A stretch of 64,000 bases of DNA from Prorocentrum cordatum. Taxonomy: Eukaryota. The notes below the pieces were generated by a model. That model was given only the letters and a program-made list of their open reading frames with translations, searched no databases and was not told the DNA's origin. Both the position numbers and the translations under genes were made by a program. The stretch covers positions 186,001-250,000 of the forward strand of contig CAUYUJ010000001.1 in assembly GCA_963575745.1 (NCBI GenBank), read 5' to 3'. Positions 62,101 through 64,000 of this stretch are shown here, piece by piece; position 1 is the first letter of the stretch, and each line of letters opens with the position of its first letter.

Positions 62101-64000
62101 CTGAAGGGGGCCCCCGAGCGCCGACCCGCCGGCGCCGCGGCGCCTCCCGCGCCGACGCCGTGGCCGCGATCGAACGCAGAGGGTCCAGGATCAGCTCTCC
62201 CTCAGGACCTCGCCCTGGGTCCAGTGAGGGCTCGGGTGCCCCCCGCGCATTGGCCAGCTGGCGCGGGGCCCCCCCGCCTCTCTTCAAACTCTCAAGGGCT
62301 CCCTCTTGAAAGCATTTCGAAGCCTACCTGCCGTGGAAAATTGCAATGCGCACGGCGATCCCCGGGCGCCGCCTGGCCCGGGTCTGGGCCGCCGGAGGCC
62401 CGCGGGCCCCGGGAAGGGGCCCCCTCGACGCTTCCCAGGGAAAACTTGCCAATTCCTTCAGGCGTGGCACTATAGGCAGCTCACGGAACCCACTCGCATG
62501 TCTCTGCTGGCTGCCCCGCCCTCGCCATCGGACATGGGCGCCCCCCCCCCCCCCCTCGGAAACCGTGCCGGCGGACTCAAGCAAGCGGCCCGCGGGGGCC
62601 CCCTTCTCGGCTGCGCCCGTGGCGCGAGCCATCCAGCCCTAGGGTATCGGGGGGAAGACCTGGACCTCCTGCGCCTCGATCAGGAAGCCTCTCTTGGCCG
62701 CCGAGGAGTTGTGGGCCCCGTCGTCGGCCTGTCGCCCCAGCAGCAGATGCTCCGCCGCCGGCGCGACGCCCGCGCGCCTTTCGATCGATCACTTCCCGCT
62801 CCGCGCCCATGAGCTCGCGCAAGTGGGCCGGCCAATGCGCTCGGTCAGGCTGGCCCGCGCCTCCTGCCGAAGGAGGCTTAACGCGTGATCAGGGTCACTT
62901 TTCTCGGGGGTGATGCGTGGCGGCGTTCCGGCGCCCCGCGGCTTCAACGCGGGGCCAATTTTTTCCGGCGCGCCGCGGGTGTCCGCGCAGGGCGCCGCCC
63001 AAGGAGAGCGATCGTCCCAGGGGGGCCTCGCCGCCGTCCGGATGGAGTCTTGCGCAGGCGAGCAGTCGATGAAAAATTCCCAATTCGGGCGGTCACCTGC
63101 CGCAGCCCACCCGTCAACATATCCGTCAAAACACGAGCGCCCCAACTCATCCAGCGTGAAATTCCAATCGGCATGGTGACGGCAGGCGGCCCCATGAGCC
63201 TCAAATAGTTCCCAATCTCCGACGCGAGGGCGAGGCTGGGTTCCGCGAGCCTCACTCCCACCGCAAAAGAAGCCGACGCGCACGCAATGTCTACGCCCCG
63301 GGAACGCACCCATTGCACCGCCCACTGGCTCGGCAGCGCTGGGGGCGTCTGAGTTCAACAACTTCTCCTCGGTCCTTGGCGCCTTGGCGTGGAAATCGGA
63401 CCTGCTGGTAACTGCCGCGGCCCCGTGTCTCTGGCGCCCTCCGTCGATTGTCGCCTGGGCGCGGGCCAGGTCTCCGCCCCGCCTAGTTTGCGCAATCTCT
63501 TCGCCTTCTCCGTGAGCTTGGGCCCCATCGGGCGGCGCTCCGCGAAGGCGACGAGGCGGGGGCGCGGGTGCATCTGCCTGTTGCGCTTCAGAGTGCGTGA
63601 GAGACCAGTCCATCATTGCCGCCGTAGCTAATGGGATTGGCAAAGTAGAACCCGCACTCATCCACGCCCCCTTTAAAGCCTGCTTCCGACCGTGGCTTCG
63701 AGGCTGAACTCCCGCAGGGCGCGCCCGCTGTCCGGGTGGTTACCGAACTCGCCTGGACTCTATCACCAAGCGTGCCTTCTGCCTTCTCTTCGCGGGAAGG
63801 TGAGTGTGGCATCGGAGAAGAGGAAGAGGACATGCTCCGAAAACAACCTGGTGCGCTCACTAGTAGCCAAGACCGCGCGGTGCCCCCCGCAACACCTGCA
63901 ACCGCTCGCCAAACTTCACTTCCGTCCATTCCCACTGCCACGTCAGACAAAATATCCTTGCCGTGGCCCCCCTGGCTGTCGACAAAGCTGTGGAAGATGT
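59160..64000 (-). mobile_element. decayed LINE (APE-like, RT, RNase H), running off the window end
   Basis: ADWNFT (~63165), VALFEILQDLHDSF and GILAGS (~61380-61460), GIDGT (~60720), VVGD…DELA (~59630). The 3' end abuts (TCC)n. Confidence 0.65.

Overview
GC-rich, repeat-saturated eukaryotic DNA with no intact host gene that I can support. A dinoflagellate host is my inference, from the (GGA)n/(GT)n/(CAT)n load, the style of the retroelements and a spliced-leader-like motif. The window holds microsatellites, several MITE families (some nested), two decayed APE/RT/RNase H LINEs, a CRE/SLACS-like RT element, an RTE-like remnant and a decayed Helitron. The standout is a young endonuclease-less Penelope-like retroelement on the minus strand (22984-26778). 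It is one 1127-codon frame broken by only two stops. It carries a canonical -1 frameshift cassette between ORF1 and the RT, and it is bounded by 192-bp direct repeats (191/192 identical) that look like a structured RNA containing a dinoflagellate spliced-leader/Sm-like motif. The internal copy ends in two GGGCTATA units and the outer copy in four, at the predicted cDNA 3' end. There it joins, through TAGGG microhomology, the right arm of an 8-bp-TSD MITE whose interior it replaced. This fits a telomerase-like, self-templated repeat-adding retroelement; that is a hypothesis from a single copy.
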